A stretch of 64,000 nucleotides of DNA from assembly GCA_963664435.2 (NCBI GenBank), contig CAXXKM010000002.1, positions 160,001 to 224,000 of the forward strand. Reading direction: 5' to 3'. The notes beneath the pieces are model-generated. The model did no database searches and was not told the DNA's origin. It saw nothing but the letters and a program-made list of their open reading frames with translations. This stretch comes from Longimicrobiales bacterium. GTDB taxonomy: Bacteria; Gemmatimonadota; Gemmatimonadetes; Longimicrobiales; Gaopeijiaceae. A program made the position numbers and the translations under genes. How positions within the stretch are numbered: position 1 is the stretch's first letter; each line of letters starts with the position of its first letter. Shown in pieces: positions 44,049-53,033 of this stretch.

Positions 44049-44175
44049 CGGCGCGTCCGCCCGTCGGCGGCGTTCCCCTTCGGGAGCCGCCATCCAGTCA
44101 CGGATGACGGCGCGCGCGGACGGCCCGAACGGGGTGCCCGCGGAGGTTGCGAGAGGCTTTGCCGGGCGCGAACGT

Positions 44176-46632
44176 ATGGGTATGGAAGACACCCCCACCC
44201 ACAGCTACTCCCCCTCCCGGGTCGAAGCGAAGTGGCAGCGGATCTGGGAGGAGCGCGGCGCCAACGCGTTCTCGGCCGAAGAACTGCGTGACTGCGGGTC
44301 GCCGTTCTTCAACCTCATGATGTTCCCCTACCCCTCCGCCGAGGGGCTTCACGTCGGCAACATCTACGCCTTCACCGGCGCCGACATCCACGGGCGCTAT
44401 CAGCGGCTCCGCGGCCACGACGTCTTCGAGCCCATCGGCTTCGACGCCTTCGGCATCCACTCGGAGAACTTCGCGCTGAAGCACGGGACCCATCCGATGG
44501 ACCTGATCCCGGCCAACGTCGCCAACTTCACGCGCCAGCTGCGCCGTATCGGGGGAATGTTCGACTGGGATCACTCGGTGGACACCACCTCCCCCGACTA
44601 CTACCGCTGGACCCAGTGGATCTTTCTGAAGCTGTTCGAGGCCGGGCTCGCCGAGCGAAAGAAGGCGCCCGTCAACTGGTGCCCGTCGTGCATGACCGTG
44701 CTGGCCAACGAACAGGTCGAGGACGGCCTGTGCGAGCGCTGCGACGCCACCGTCGAACAGCGGGTGATCGCCCAGTGGTTCTTCCGCATCAGCGACTACT
44801 CCCAGCGACTGCTCGACAACCTGGACCACATTGACTGGTCGGAGTCGACGCGCAAGGCGCAGGCGAACTGGATCGGCCGCAGCGAGGGCGCCCGGCTCGT
44901 CTTCCCGGTGGCCGGCTCGGACGAGGTCATCGAGGTCTTCACGACCCGCCCGGACACCATCTTCGGGGCGACTTACATGGTGCTCGCTCCCGAGCACCCG
45001 CTGGTGGACGGCATCACCGCCCCCTCCCATCGCGACGACGTGCGCGCGTACATCAACCGCGTGGCGGCCATGGACGTGGTCAGCCGCCAGAAGACGGCCG
45101 GCGAGAAGACCGGCGTCTTTACCGGAGGGCACTGCGTGAACCCCGCCACCGGCGCGGAAATCCCGGTCTGGGTCGCGGACTACGTGCTCGCCGGATACGG
45201 CACCGGGGCGATCATGGCGGTGCCCGGCCACGACGAGCGCGACTTCGAGTTCGCGAACGAGTTCGGGCTGCCCGTGGTGCGGGTGGTGGCGGGGCCGGAA
45301 GACGGTGCCGACACCCCGCTCGAGGAGGCCTACACCGACAACGCCGCCGGGCGCATGGTCAACTCCGGGCGCTTCGACGGGCTGAGCGTGCCGGAGGGCA
45401 AGGCCGCCATCACCGCCGCCCTGGAAGAGCGGGGGCTGGGCGAGAAGCAGGTCAACTACCAGCTGCGCGACTGGTGCATCTCGCGCCAGCGCTACTGGGG
45501 CCCGCCCATCCCCATCGTGTACTGCCCGGACTGCGGCGCGGTCCCGGTGCCCGAGCGGGAGCTGCCGGTGATCCTGCCCCGCGTCGAGGACTTCAAGCCC
45601 GACGACGACGGCGTGAGCCCGCTCGCGCGCGTGGAGTCGTGGTACAGCATGGACTGTCCGGCCTGCGGGGGCGCCGCGCGCCGCGAGACTGACGTCTCCG
45701 ACACCTTCCTGGACAGCTCCTGGTACTTCCTGCGCTATCCGTCGGTGGGACGCGACGACATCGCCTTCGACCCGGACATCACCCGGCGCTGGCTCCCGGT
45801 GGACAGCTACATCGGCGGCAACGAGCACGCGGTGCTGCACCTGATGTACGCGCGCTTCATCACCATGGCGCTGCACGACATCGGGCTGCTGGACTTCGAG
45901 GAACCCTTCAGCCGCTTCCGCGCCCACGGCATCATCGTCAAGGACGGGCGCAAGATGTCGAAGACCCGCGGCAACGTGGTCACGCCCGATCCGGTCATTG
46001 AGGAGTTCGGCGCCGACACCTTCCGCCTGTACCTGATGTTCCTGGGGCCCTTCACCGAGGGCGGGGACTACCGCGACGACGGCATCCGGGGACCGCTGGG
46101 CTTCCTGAGGAGGCTCTGGGACGCCGTGCTGCGCGCCGCGGACAACGACGCCGATCCCGATCCCCGGCTGGAAGGGCGGCTGCATCGCACCATCGAACAG
46201 GTGACGCGCCAGATCGCGGATCTCCAGTACAACACCTGCATCTCGGGGATGATGGAGTACCTGAACGCGGTGCGCGCGGGGGGACGGACACCGGCGCGGG
46301 CCGAGATCGAGCCCGTCGTGCTCATGGTGGCGCCCTTCGCGCCGCACATCGCCGAGGAGCTGTGGGAGCGGCTCGGACACGAGGGCGGCCTGTTCGGGCG
46401 CGCCCGCTGGCCCGAATACGACCCGGAAAAGGCCAGGCGGCGCATCGTGAAGTTGGCGGTTCAGGTCAACGGCAAGGTGCGCGGCACCATCGAGGGTCCT
46501 TCGGAGATGAGCCAGGAGGATGCGGTGGCGCTCGCGCGCGAGCAGGAGAACGTCGCGCGCTTCCTCCGCAACGGGAGCGTGCGACGGGTGATCTACGTGC
46601 CGGGGCGGCTGATCAACCTGGTGGTCGGGTGA
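44176..46632 (+). CDS. leuS: Leucine--tRNA ligase
   Basis: MFPYPSAEGLHVGN, NWIGRSEG, FTTRPDT editing domain, DWCISRQRYWG, KMSKT, VQVNGKVR. Start approximate. Confidence 0.96.
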   Translation: MGMEDTPTHSYSPSRVEAKWQRIWEERGANAFSAEELRDCGSPFFNLMMFPYPSAEGLHVGNIYAFTGADIHGRYQRLRGHDVFEPIGFDAFGIHSENFALKHGTHPMDLIPANVANFTRQLRRIGGMFDWDHSVDTTSPDYYRWTQWIFLKLFEAGLAERKKAPVNWCPSCMTVLANEQVEDGLCERCDATVEQRVIAQWFFRISDYSQRLLDNLDHIDWSESTRKAQANWIGRSEGARLVFPVAGSDEVIEVFTTRPDTIFGATYMVLAPEHPLVDGITAPSHRDDVRAYINRVAAMDVVSRQKTAGEKTGVFTGGHCVNPATGAEIPVWVADYVLAGYGTGAIMAVPGHDERDFEFANEFGLPVVRVVAGPEDGADTPLEEAYTDNAAGRMVNSGRFDGLSVPEGKAAITAALEERGLGEKQVNYQLRDWCISRQRYWGPPIPIVYCPDCGAVPVPERELPVILPRVEDFKPDDDGVSPLARVESWYSMDCPACGGAARRETDVSDTFLDSSWYFLRYPSVGRDDIAFDPDITRRWLPVDSYIGGNEHAVLHLMYARFITMALHDIGLLDFEEPFSRFRAHGIIVKDGRKMSKTRGNVVTPDPVIEEFGADTFRLYLMFLGPFTEGGDYRDDGIRGPLGFLRRLWDAVLRAADNDADPDPRLEGRLHRTIEQVTRQIADLQYNTCISGMMEYLNAVRAGGRTPARAEIEPVVLMVAPFAPHIAEELWERLGHEGGLFGRARWPEYDPEKARRRIVKLAVQVNGKVRGTIEGPSEMSQEDAVALAREQENVARFLRNGSVRRVIYVPGRLINLVVG

Positions 46633-46796
46633 GGTTGGTTCCCCGGTACACCGCGCCGGCGTACTGCGCCCGCTCCAGCCCCGTTCTTTCCCGCCACGCG
46701 AGCGGTAGCCGCTGCTGCGCCCGTTCGCGGGCCCCACGCCCGCGTGCTGCGAACTGCATGCGCCGCCTTCACTTATCGCGGCGTCTGGATTCGCGA

Positions 46797-46832
46797 TTAC
46801 ACAATTTACGTAATTTACGCATTTTGCGTATT
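46797..46832. repeat. Four degenerate 9-bp AT-rich tandem repeats upstream of tkt
   Basis: TTACACAAT TTACGTAAT TTACGCATT TTGCGTATT; contains palindromes TTACGTAA and TACGCA-TTT-TGCGTA. Confidence 0.7.
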
Positions 46833-46899
46833 TCCGTCGCTTGTCACCTGCCCGCCGTCTCGTCCCTGCCCCGCTCCCGCACCCTGAGGAAAGGCTGAA

Positions 46900-48942
46900 A
46901 TGCCCGCTTCCCCGCTTCCGGACGCCGCACTTTCGCGCCTGGCGATTGACGCCGTGCGCGTGCTCTCGATGGACGCCGTGCAGAAGGCCAACTCCGGGCA
47001 TCCGGGGGCACCGATGGGGCTGGCGCCGGTGGGATATCTGCTCTGGACCCGACACCTGCGCCACAACCCGGCGAACCCGGAGTGGAGCAACCGGGACCGC
47101 TTCGTGCTCTCGGCCGGGCACGCGTCCATGCTCATCTATTCGCTGCTGCATCTGACCGGATACGATCTGCCGCTGGAGGAGATCCGGAGCTTCCGGCAGT
47201 GGGCATCGCGCACGCCCGGGCACCCCGAGTACGGGCACACGGCGGGGGTGGAGACCACGACGGGGCCGCTGGGTCAGGGGGTCGCCAATTCCGTGGGGAT
47301 GGCGCTGGCGGAGCGCTGGCTGGCGCACCGGTTCAACCGGCCCGGGCACGCGGTGGTGGATCACCACACCTGGGCGCTCTGCTCGGATGGCGACCTGATG
47401 GAGGGGATCTCGCACGAGGCGGCCGAGTTCGCCGGCCATCAGCGGCTGGGCAAGCTGAACTGGGTGTTCGACGACAACCGCATCACCATCGACGGCGGGA
47501 CGGATCTCTCGTGCTCCACGGACCACGAGCAGCGCTTCCGCGCGTACGGGTGGGACGTGCGCCGGGTGGAGGACGGCACCGACCTGGCCGCACTGGACGC
47601 GGCGCTGGCGGGGGCGCGGGCAGAGGTGGAGCGGCCCTCGCTGGTGGTCGTGCGCACCACGATCGGGTACGGGAGCCCGGCCAAGGCGGGGTCGTCGAGC
47701 GCGCATGGGGCGCCGCTGGGGGTGGAGGAGGTGGATGCCACCAAGCGCAACCTGGGCTACCCCTCCCGCGACCCCTTCCACGTGGAGGCGGAAGCGCTGG
47801 CGCACTGGCGGGAGACGGCGGGGCGGGGGGCGGGGCTGGAGGAGGTATGGCGGGGGCGGTGGGCGGCCTACCGGGCGGAGCATCCCGCGGCGGCCGAAGA
47901 GCTCCGCGCCGCCTTGGCGGGCGAGCTGCCGGCCGGCTGGGACGCGGACATTCCCGACCTGAGCGCGCCGCCGAAACCGCTTGCGACCCGGGTGTACTCC
48001 GGGCAGGTGCTCCAGGGGCTGGGCAGGCGCATCCCCAACCTGTTGGGCGGCTCGGCCGACCTGGCCGGCTCCAACAAGACAACCCTGCCCTGGGAGGAGA
48101 ACCTGCTGCCCGGGACGCCGGGCGGGCGCACGATGCATTTCGGCGTCCGCGAGCACGCCATGGGGGGCATCCTGAACGGGATGGCGCTGCACGGAGGCGT
48201 CCGCCCGTACGGAGGCACCTTCCTCATCTTCTCGGACTACATGCGCCCCTCGATCCGACTGGCGGCGCTCATGCATCTGGCGCCCACCTACGTGTTCACC
48301 CACGACAGCATCGGCGTCGGCGAGGACGGCCCCACCCACCAGCCCATCGAGCAGCTGGTGTCGCTGCGCGCCATCCCGGGGGTGCTCGACCTGCGCCCCG
48401 GCGACGGGCCCGAGACGGCGGAAGCGTGGCGGGCGGCGCTCGCGTACACCGACGGTCCCAGTTTTCTGGCGCTCACCCGCCAGGCGGTGGCGACCATCGA
48501 CCGGAACGTGGCCGCCCCCGCGACCGGCCTGCACCGGGGCGGCTACGTCCTTCTGGAAGCGGACGGCGGGGACCCGGAAGTGATCCTTATCGCGAGCGGC
48601 TCGGAGGTCGGCGTGGCCGTGCAGGCGCGCGCCACGCTGCAGGCGGAGGGGGTGCCGACCCGGGTGGTGTCCCTGCCCAGCTGGTTCCTCTTCTCCCGCC
48701 AACCGCAGCGCTACCGCGACGAGGTGCTTCCCCCGAGCGTCACGGCTCGCGTGTCGGTGGAAGCCGGGACCACGGCCGGCTGGACCCGCTGGACCGGCGA
48801 CCGGGGCGCTTCCGTCGGCATCGACCACTTCGGGGCGTCCGCCCCCGGCGCGGTGCTCTTCGAGCAGTTCGGGATCACCGCGGAGGCGGTGGTGGCCAGG
48901 ACGCGCCCGCTGGCGAGGGTGCCGCAGCCGGTCCGGGGATAG
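46900..48942 (+). CDS. tkt: Transketolase
   Basis: [55 protein letters not shown]. Confidence 0.97.
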   Translation: MPASPLPDAALSRLAIDAVRVLSMDAVQKANSGHPGAPMGLAPVGYLLWTRHLRHNPANPEWSNRDRFVLSAGHASMLIYSLLHLTGYDLPLEEIRSFRQWASRTPGHPEYGHTAGVETTTGPLGQGVANSVGMALAERWLAHRFNRPGHAVVDHHTWALCSDGDLMEGISHEAAEFAGHQRLGKLNWVFDDNRITIDGGTDLSCSTDHEQRFRAYGWDVRRVEDGTDLAALDAALAGARAEVERPSLVVVRTTIGYGSPAKAGSSSAHGAPLGVEEVDATKRNLGYPSRDPFHVEAEALAHWRETAGRGAGLEEVWRGRWAAYRAEHPAAAEELRAALAGELPAGWDADIPDLSAPPKPLATRVYSGQVLQGLGRRIPNLLGGSADLAGSNKTTLPWEENLLPGTPGGRTMHFGVREHAMGGILNGMALHGGVRPYGGTFLIFSDYMRPSIRLAALMHLAPTYVFTHDSIGVGEDGPTHQPIEQLVSLRAIPGVLDLRPGDGPETAEAWRAALAYTDGPSFLALTRQAVATIDRNVAAPATGLHRGGYVLLEADGGDPEVILIASGSEVGVAVQARATLQAEGVPTRVVSLPSWFLFSRQPQRYRDEVLPPSVTARVSVEAGTTAGWTRWTGDRGASVGIDHFGASAPGAVLFEQFGITAEAVVARTRPLARVPQPVRG

Positions 48943-49139
48943 CCTGCCACGAGCGCCGCCCCACCAACCGGTCGGGCAGGTGCTTGCGTTCGACGGACAC
49001 CCCCCGATCAGCCCTCGTCGGTCTGGACCGGGACATCAACAACGCCCTTCGCTGAAGAGGGTGGGAGTTCCTTGCGTGTTTTCGATGCGGAGCGGGATTG
49101 CGACTAATGGAATAGGCAATCTCAGACAGGAGCACCCCA

Positions 49140-49397
49140 ATGACCGCTTCAAACATCGAACAGTTCGGACGCCGCATCCCGTTCACGATCGACGGGCAAC
49201 CCTTCACAACGGACGACCTCAGTCAGCGTGCCTCGGCGCTTCTTCGTCTGGCCGGCCTGGACCCTGCCACCTTTGACCTAGGAGAACTACAAGGCAAGGA
49301 GCGTCCGCAGACGAAGCGCTTCCGCGATGACGAGATCGTCTCCATCGTCAAGGATGCCCGGTTCATTACAATCCGCCAGAGCGCACCGGTGGCCTGA
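49140..49397 (+). CDS. Ubiquitin-like (beta-grasp, multi-ubiquitin family-like) protein
   Basis: FTIDGQPF...ALLRLAGLDP.TFDL...DDEIVSI...RFITI pattern; AGGAG RBS; first gene of an E2/JAB-E1 operon. Confidence 0.75.
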   Translation: MTASNIEQFGRRIPFTIDGQPFTTDDLSQRASALLRLAGLDPATFDLGELQGKERPQTKRFRDDEIVSIVKDARFITIRQSAPVA

Positions 49398-49744
49398 TGC
49401 AAACGGGTGTCGAAGCGTTCATGCGGGAGATGGCAGAGCTCGGCTTCGGGCCGACGCTCGAGGACGAGCTCGTCATCTACAAGCTAGCGGCGGTCGGCGG
49501 TGCCCACCCAGGAACATCGCTCGCAACTGGTGTCGGAGTTCACGAACTCCAGCCGTGGCCTCAGGCACCGCCGCACTGGCTTCACTTCTCAGCTGGCTTG
49601 AGGTTCACACGCACCAATAGCAGGCCGTCTCCGAAGTCTGGGTGGCTAATGCATAGCCGTCAGATAACGGGGTGGGGTGATGCCCCACCTGGAGTGGCGT
49701 GGGCAAGCCATGTCAGGGCGGTGCTTAGTGAGACGGTCGCGTGA
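49397..49744 (+). CDS. E2-like (UBC fold) protein lacking cysteine
   Basis: WPQAPPHWLH resembles the E2 (Y/F)P.xPP motif; GWLMHSR...W; lies between the Ubl and E1 genes with TGATG/GTGA coupling. Confidence 0.6.
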   Translation: MQTGVEAFMREMAELGFGPTLEDELVIYKLAAVGGAHPGTSLATGVGVHELQPWPQAPPHWLHFSAGLRFTRTNSRPSPKSGWLMHSRQITGWGDAPPGVAWASHVRAVLSETVA

Positions 49745-51246
49745 TGCGCCGAACATCAGTGGCCATGACGGCTGCGACCGAGGAGGCGCTTCTCCGCCAG
49801 ATTGTTCGCGACGACGGGCAAGAAGACCTTTGCCTCGCCACGTATCGGCCCTCCACCGGGCTGACCCGCTTCAGCGCCTTGGTCCGGGCGGTCGTCCGAC
49901 CCATGCCTGGGGATCGACTCGTCCATGGAAACGCCACTGTCACCGCCGATTACATCTTCAGGGCCGCGGAAGCGGCGCAGAAAGACAACTGCGGCGTAGT
50001 GCTACTCCACAGCCACCCCGGCGCCAGCAACTGGCAGCAAATGAGTGGTCCAGATCGCGAGTGCGAGGCCAGTTACGCCAACCTCGTGCGTGAGCTCACA
50101 GGACTTCCACTGGTTGGTATGACGCTGGCTACACGGAACCGCACCTGGTCGGCACGTCACTGGGACACCGGAGTCGGCCGAGCGGTCGATTGCACGCACT
50201 GCACGAACGTACGGGTAATCGGCGACAAGTTAGCGGTGTCTTGGAATGACGCAGTCCAACCACCTCCCCGGCCCAATGGCAGCCAGACCAGGACCGTTAG
50301 CGCTTGGGGCGAGCAGTGCCAAGCCGATCTCGTCCGGCGAAGAGTCCTTGTCGTGGGGACCGGTAGTGTCGGGCTCGATGTCTTCGTACGCCTCGCCGCA
50401 TCTGGGCTGTACCAGTTGACGGTGATGGATCACGACATCGTCGAAGTCCACAACCTGGACCGGCTTATAGGCGCGTCATCCCGCGATGCGCACCTGAGGC
50501 GGCCCAAGATTCACGTAGCCGTGCGGGAAGCCACGGCAGCAGCTACTGCGGACAGGTGCAGTATCCAGGCTTCGGACCGGTCCATCTGTGAACCGGAAGG
50601 GCTGCGGCTGGCACTCGATCATGACCTCATTTTCAGCTGCGTCGACAGGCCATGGCCACGAGCTGTACTCAATTCACTAGCGTACTCCGACCTCATCCCG
50701 GTTATCGATGGTGGCACGGCCATAGATACCTTCGACAGCGGGGAAATGCGCAATGCCACCTGGCGATCTCACGTCGTTAGACCGGGGCGTCCGTGCATGA
50801 GTTGCAATCGCCAGCTCCAACTCGGCGAAGTTGCTCTCGAGCGCCAAGGACTGCTCGATGATCCTGCTTACATCCAAGGCGTTGGAGAGGGACCGGCGTC
50901 AGTCAGCCCGAATGTGGCTCCGCTCTCTGCAAACGTTGCTGCGACCATCCTTGCTCAGTACGTCAGCTTCAGTGTGGCTCCTGCTGGCTTCGGCGATCCG
51001 GGCCCACTCCAGTACCTATTGAGCACTCACTGTCTCGAGCATCGCAGGGATGCGACAAGCCTACACTGCGCCGTTGAAGCTGACGAAGGTGTCGGCGATC
51101 ATCGCGTCTGCCTGACGGGCCTCCATGACGTCGCCGAACGACAACGACGACTCTCAAGGTCGGTAAGAACCCGCGTTCGTTGGCTCCGCTGGGTGGACGA
51201 TCGTACGCAATTCGTTACGAGGTGGTTGGACCGTGTCGTATCATGA
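49741..51246 (+). CDS. JAB/JAMM peptidase - ThiF/E1-like adenylyltransferase fusion
   Basis: N-terminal QED...HSHP-x8-SGPD (JAMM-like); C-terminal VLVVGTGSVG, DHDIVEVHNLDRL, RPKI, CVDRPWPR, IDGG, PCMSC. Confidence 0.88.
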   Translation: MMRRTSVAMTAATEEALLRQIVRDDGQEDLCLATYRPSTGLTRFSALVRAVVRPMPGDRLVHGNATVTADYIFRAAEAAQKDNCGVVLLHSHPGASNWQQMSGPDRECEASYANLVRELTGLPLVGMTLATRNRTWSARHWDTGVGRAVDCTHCTNVRVIGDKLAVSWNDAVQPPPRPNGSQTRTVSAWGEQCQADLVRRRVLVVGTGSVGLDVFVRLAASGLYQLTVMDHDIVEVHNLDRLIGASSRDAHLRRPKIHVAVREATAAATADRCSIQASDRSICEPEGLRLALDHDLIFSCVDRPWPRAVLNSLAYSDLIPVIDGGTAIDTFDSGEMRNATWRSHVVRPGRPCMSCNRQLQLGEVALERQGLLDDPAYIQGVGEGPASVSPNVAPLSANVAATILAQYVSFSVAPAGFGDPGPLQYLLSTHCLEHRRDATSLHCAVEADEGVGDHRVCLTGLHDVAERQRRLSRSVRTRVRWLRWVDDRTQFVTRWLDRVVS

Positions 51247-51414
51247 ATCTCGAGATTCTTGGCCGCGCCGCCTCCCGCGTTGAGATGCCGCATCGAAACT
51301 CGGACGATCCGGCGGTCCGTGCGGGGCAAACCAGCGTTGCCTCGCACGCGTCTGTCTACTTGGCGGGTGTGGTCCGCTTTCGCCCTCCACGTCGTTTGCG
51401 ACGGTTGAATTGAC

Positions 51415-52137
51415 ATGGACTCACGCGCAATCGACTCCACCCACCCACTCCTGGCGGACAGGGAGCGTCTCGATGCGATCGCCGACGTCATGTACGCAAA
51501 GATCCAGAAGACTCTCTTTCCAGGGAATCCGGTACGGCGCCGCCGGGCACTGGCGAGTCAATCCAACGATACGGGCGAGGGAGAACGGATTCTGGAGGGG
51601 ACCGGAGTCAGCGCGGATGATGTTCTCTCCGAAGCGCTTGTCGGACTTCTTCAGTACCCACCAGCGCGCCTCAAGAGCACATGGGAGGGCTTGGCTGTCA
51701 CGATCGCCCGAAACAAGGCAACCAGCGCGTTGCGCGCTTCGGGGAAAGGCCTGAGAGGCACTGACCATCGACCCAAACTGCAACTGGTGTCGGGCGATGC
51801 CGAACGGGAAGGTCCGTCCGGTGAAACCCAGCCAACGCTCTTCGCATCACTTCCTAGCAACTGGGTTGATCCGGAAACCGAATACACTGTCACACAAGGT
51901 GCATTGAAGTTGCTCGACCTCGCCCGAGAGATCCTCGATGAACGAAACCAAGAGATCTTTCTTGCGATTCACTTCCGTGGCGAAAGTCGCAAGGAAGTCG
52001 GTGAACGACTTGGTTTGACCACCCAGCGGATCGGACAAATCTACAATGGCGCCCTGGGCATGCTGGAAGCCCGCCCTGATTATCCCTTCAAGCGTAGCGC
52101 ACGAGTCGACCGTATTGCAACAAAGGGAAGCCGATGA
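51415..52137 (+). CDS. Sigma-70 family (ECF-like) RNA polymerase sigma factor
   Basis: Region 2-like ADDVLSEAL...WEGLAVTIARNKATSALR; region 4 HTH LDERNQEIF...GESRKEVGERLGLTTQRIGQI. Confidence 0.8.
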   Translation: MDSRAIDSTHPLLADRERLDAIADVMYAKIQKTLFPGNPVRRRRALASQSNDTGEGERILEGTGVSADDVLSEALVGLLQYPPARLKSTWEGLAVTIARNKATSALRASGKGLRGTDHRPKLQLVSGDAEREGPSGETQPTLFASLPSNWVDPETEYTVTQGALKLLDLAREILDERNQEIFLAIHFRGESRKEVGERLGLTTQRIGQIYNGALGMLEARPDYPFKRSARVDRIATKGSR

Positions 52138-53033
52138 CCATTGAGCATGACGACCTTCGCAGATTCAAGGACTCCTACCTGGATTACCTTGAGGGCTACC
52201 GCGACGAGCCCCCCCGGCTCGAGAAGGTTTTATTAGAAGAGCGCGGAGCAGCTGCAGCGTTCATCGAATCGATTGCGGCGGCGCGCGGCATAGATCCCTA
52301 CGCTTCCAGACCGTCGATCGAGCAACTCCTGGCTCGGCGGCCCCAGACCAACGACAGCATTGCTGAACTCGGCGGCGTACTCCAGGAACATCTGCGATTC
52401 ACCGTTGATCCAGGCGCTTCGGTCACAGCGGACCTCGCTTCTGTTGCGGCCGGGCTGGCTTCTGTCTCGTTAATCCAAGCGCGTGGTATGCGTATCCGAG
52501 TAGTGCTGGAAGCAAATGCGGTGGACCTCGAATCCGCCATCGCCAGAAGAGCCCAACATATCGCCGACGTGTTCAGCGCCTTTCCCGACTCGCATGCGGT
52601 ACTCTACGCCACCACAGGGAGAGAATGTCTAGGAGTTGTGGTGGATCGGAGCGACGTCTACAGTGCCATCGAAACTCCCTCCGGCGAGAAACGGGCGCCT
52701 CGGCTGCAACGGTCGATCACCGACGCTGGAGTGGCATGCGAAGAGTGGCTAGCCGGCATGATCCCGAATTTTGAGCCCCTGAGCGCTGAACTCCTCGAAT
52801 CAGCTACTCATGAGTCGGCAGTAGATCCACTCCGCTTGGCAAGCGAGGCAGTACGGGAAGTTTCCATGGCCGGTGGACGAGCCAGGATAGGGGCCAAACG
52901 GGCCGCTTGGCGCGGCTTCGGGCTACAGGAGGCGCAACGTCTTGCTGCCATCCTTCGCGAAGCTGAACGCGGACAATTGTCAGAAGAGGTCTATAGGTCT
53001 CGCTTGGATGAATTGGTCAGGATAGCCGCATGA
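52134..53033 (+). CDS. Hypothetical protein, possible anti-sigma/partner protein
   Basis: ATGA-coupled on both sides; N-terminal SYLDYLEG helix resembles anti-sigma N-termini; no TM; no family recognised. Confidence 0.6.
   Translation: MTIEHDDLRRFKDSYLDYLEGYRDEPPRLEKVLLEERGAAAAFIESIAAARGIDPYASRPSIEQLLARRPQTNDSIAELGGVLQEHLRFTVDPGASVTADLASVAAGLASVSLIQARGMRIRVVLEANAVDLESAIARRAQHIADVFSAFPDSHAVLYATTGRECLGVVVDRSDVYSAIETPSGEKRAPRLQRSITDAGVACEEWLAGMIPNFEPLSAELLESATHESAVDPLRLASEAVREVSMAGGRARIGAKRAAWRGFGLQEAQRLAAILREAERGQLSEEVYRSRLDELVRIAA

Noticed and set aside
44098..48828. 1576-aa minus-strand ORF and other long antisense or alternate-frame ORFs (e.g. 40473-43451, 34262-36817, 58162-60933)
   Set aside because: Shadow ORFs of well-supported genes, caused by high GC3 and scarce stop codons; no protein motifs.
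48943..49060. Island attachment site or flanking direct repeats
   Set aside because: Only a weak ACCCCCCG similarity with about 57831; no tRNA or integrase.
49741..51246. ThiF/MoeB for thiamine or molybdopterin sulfur transfer, or CBASS Cap2/Cap3
   Set aside because: No GG-ending ThiS/MoaD or biosynthetic genes nearby and no CD-NTase; the JAB-E1 architecture with a separate E2-like gene differs from Cap2.
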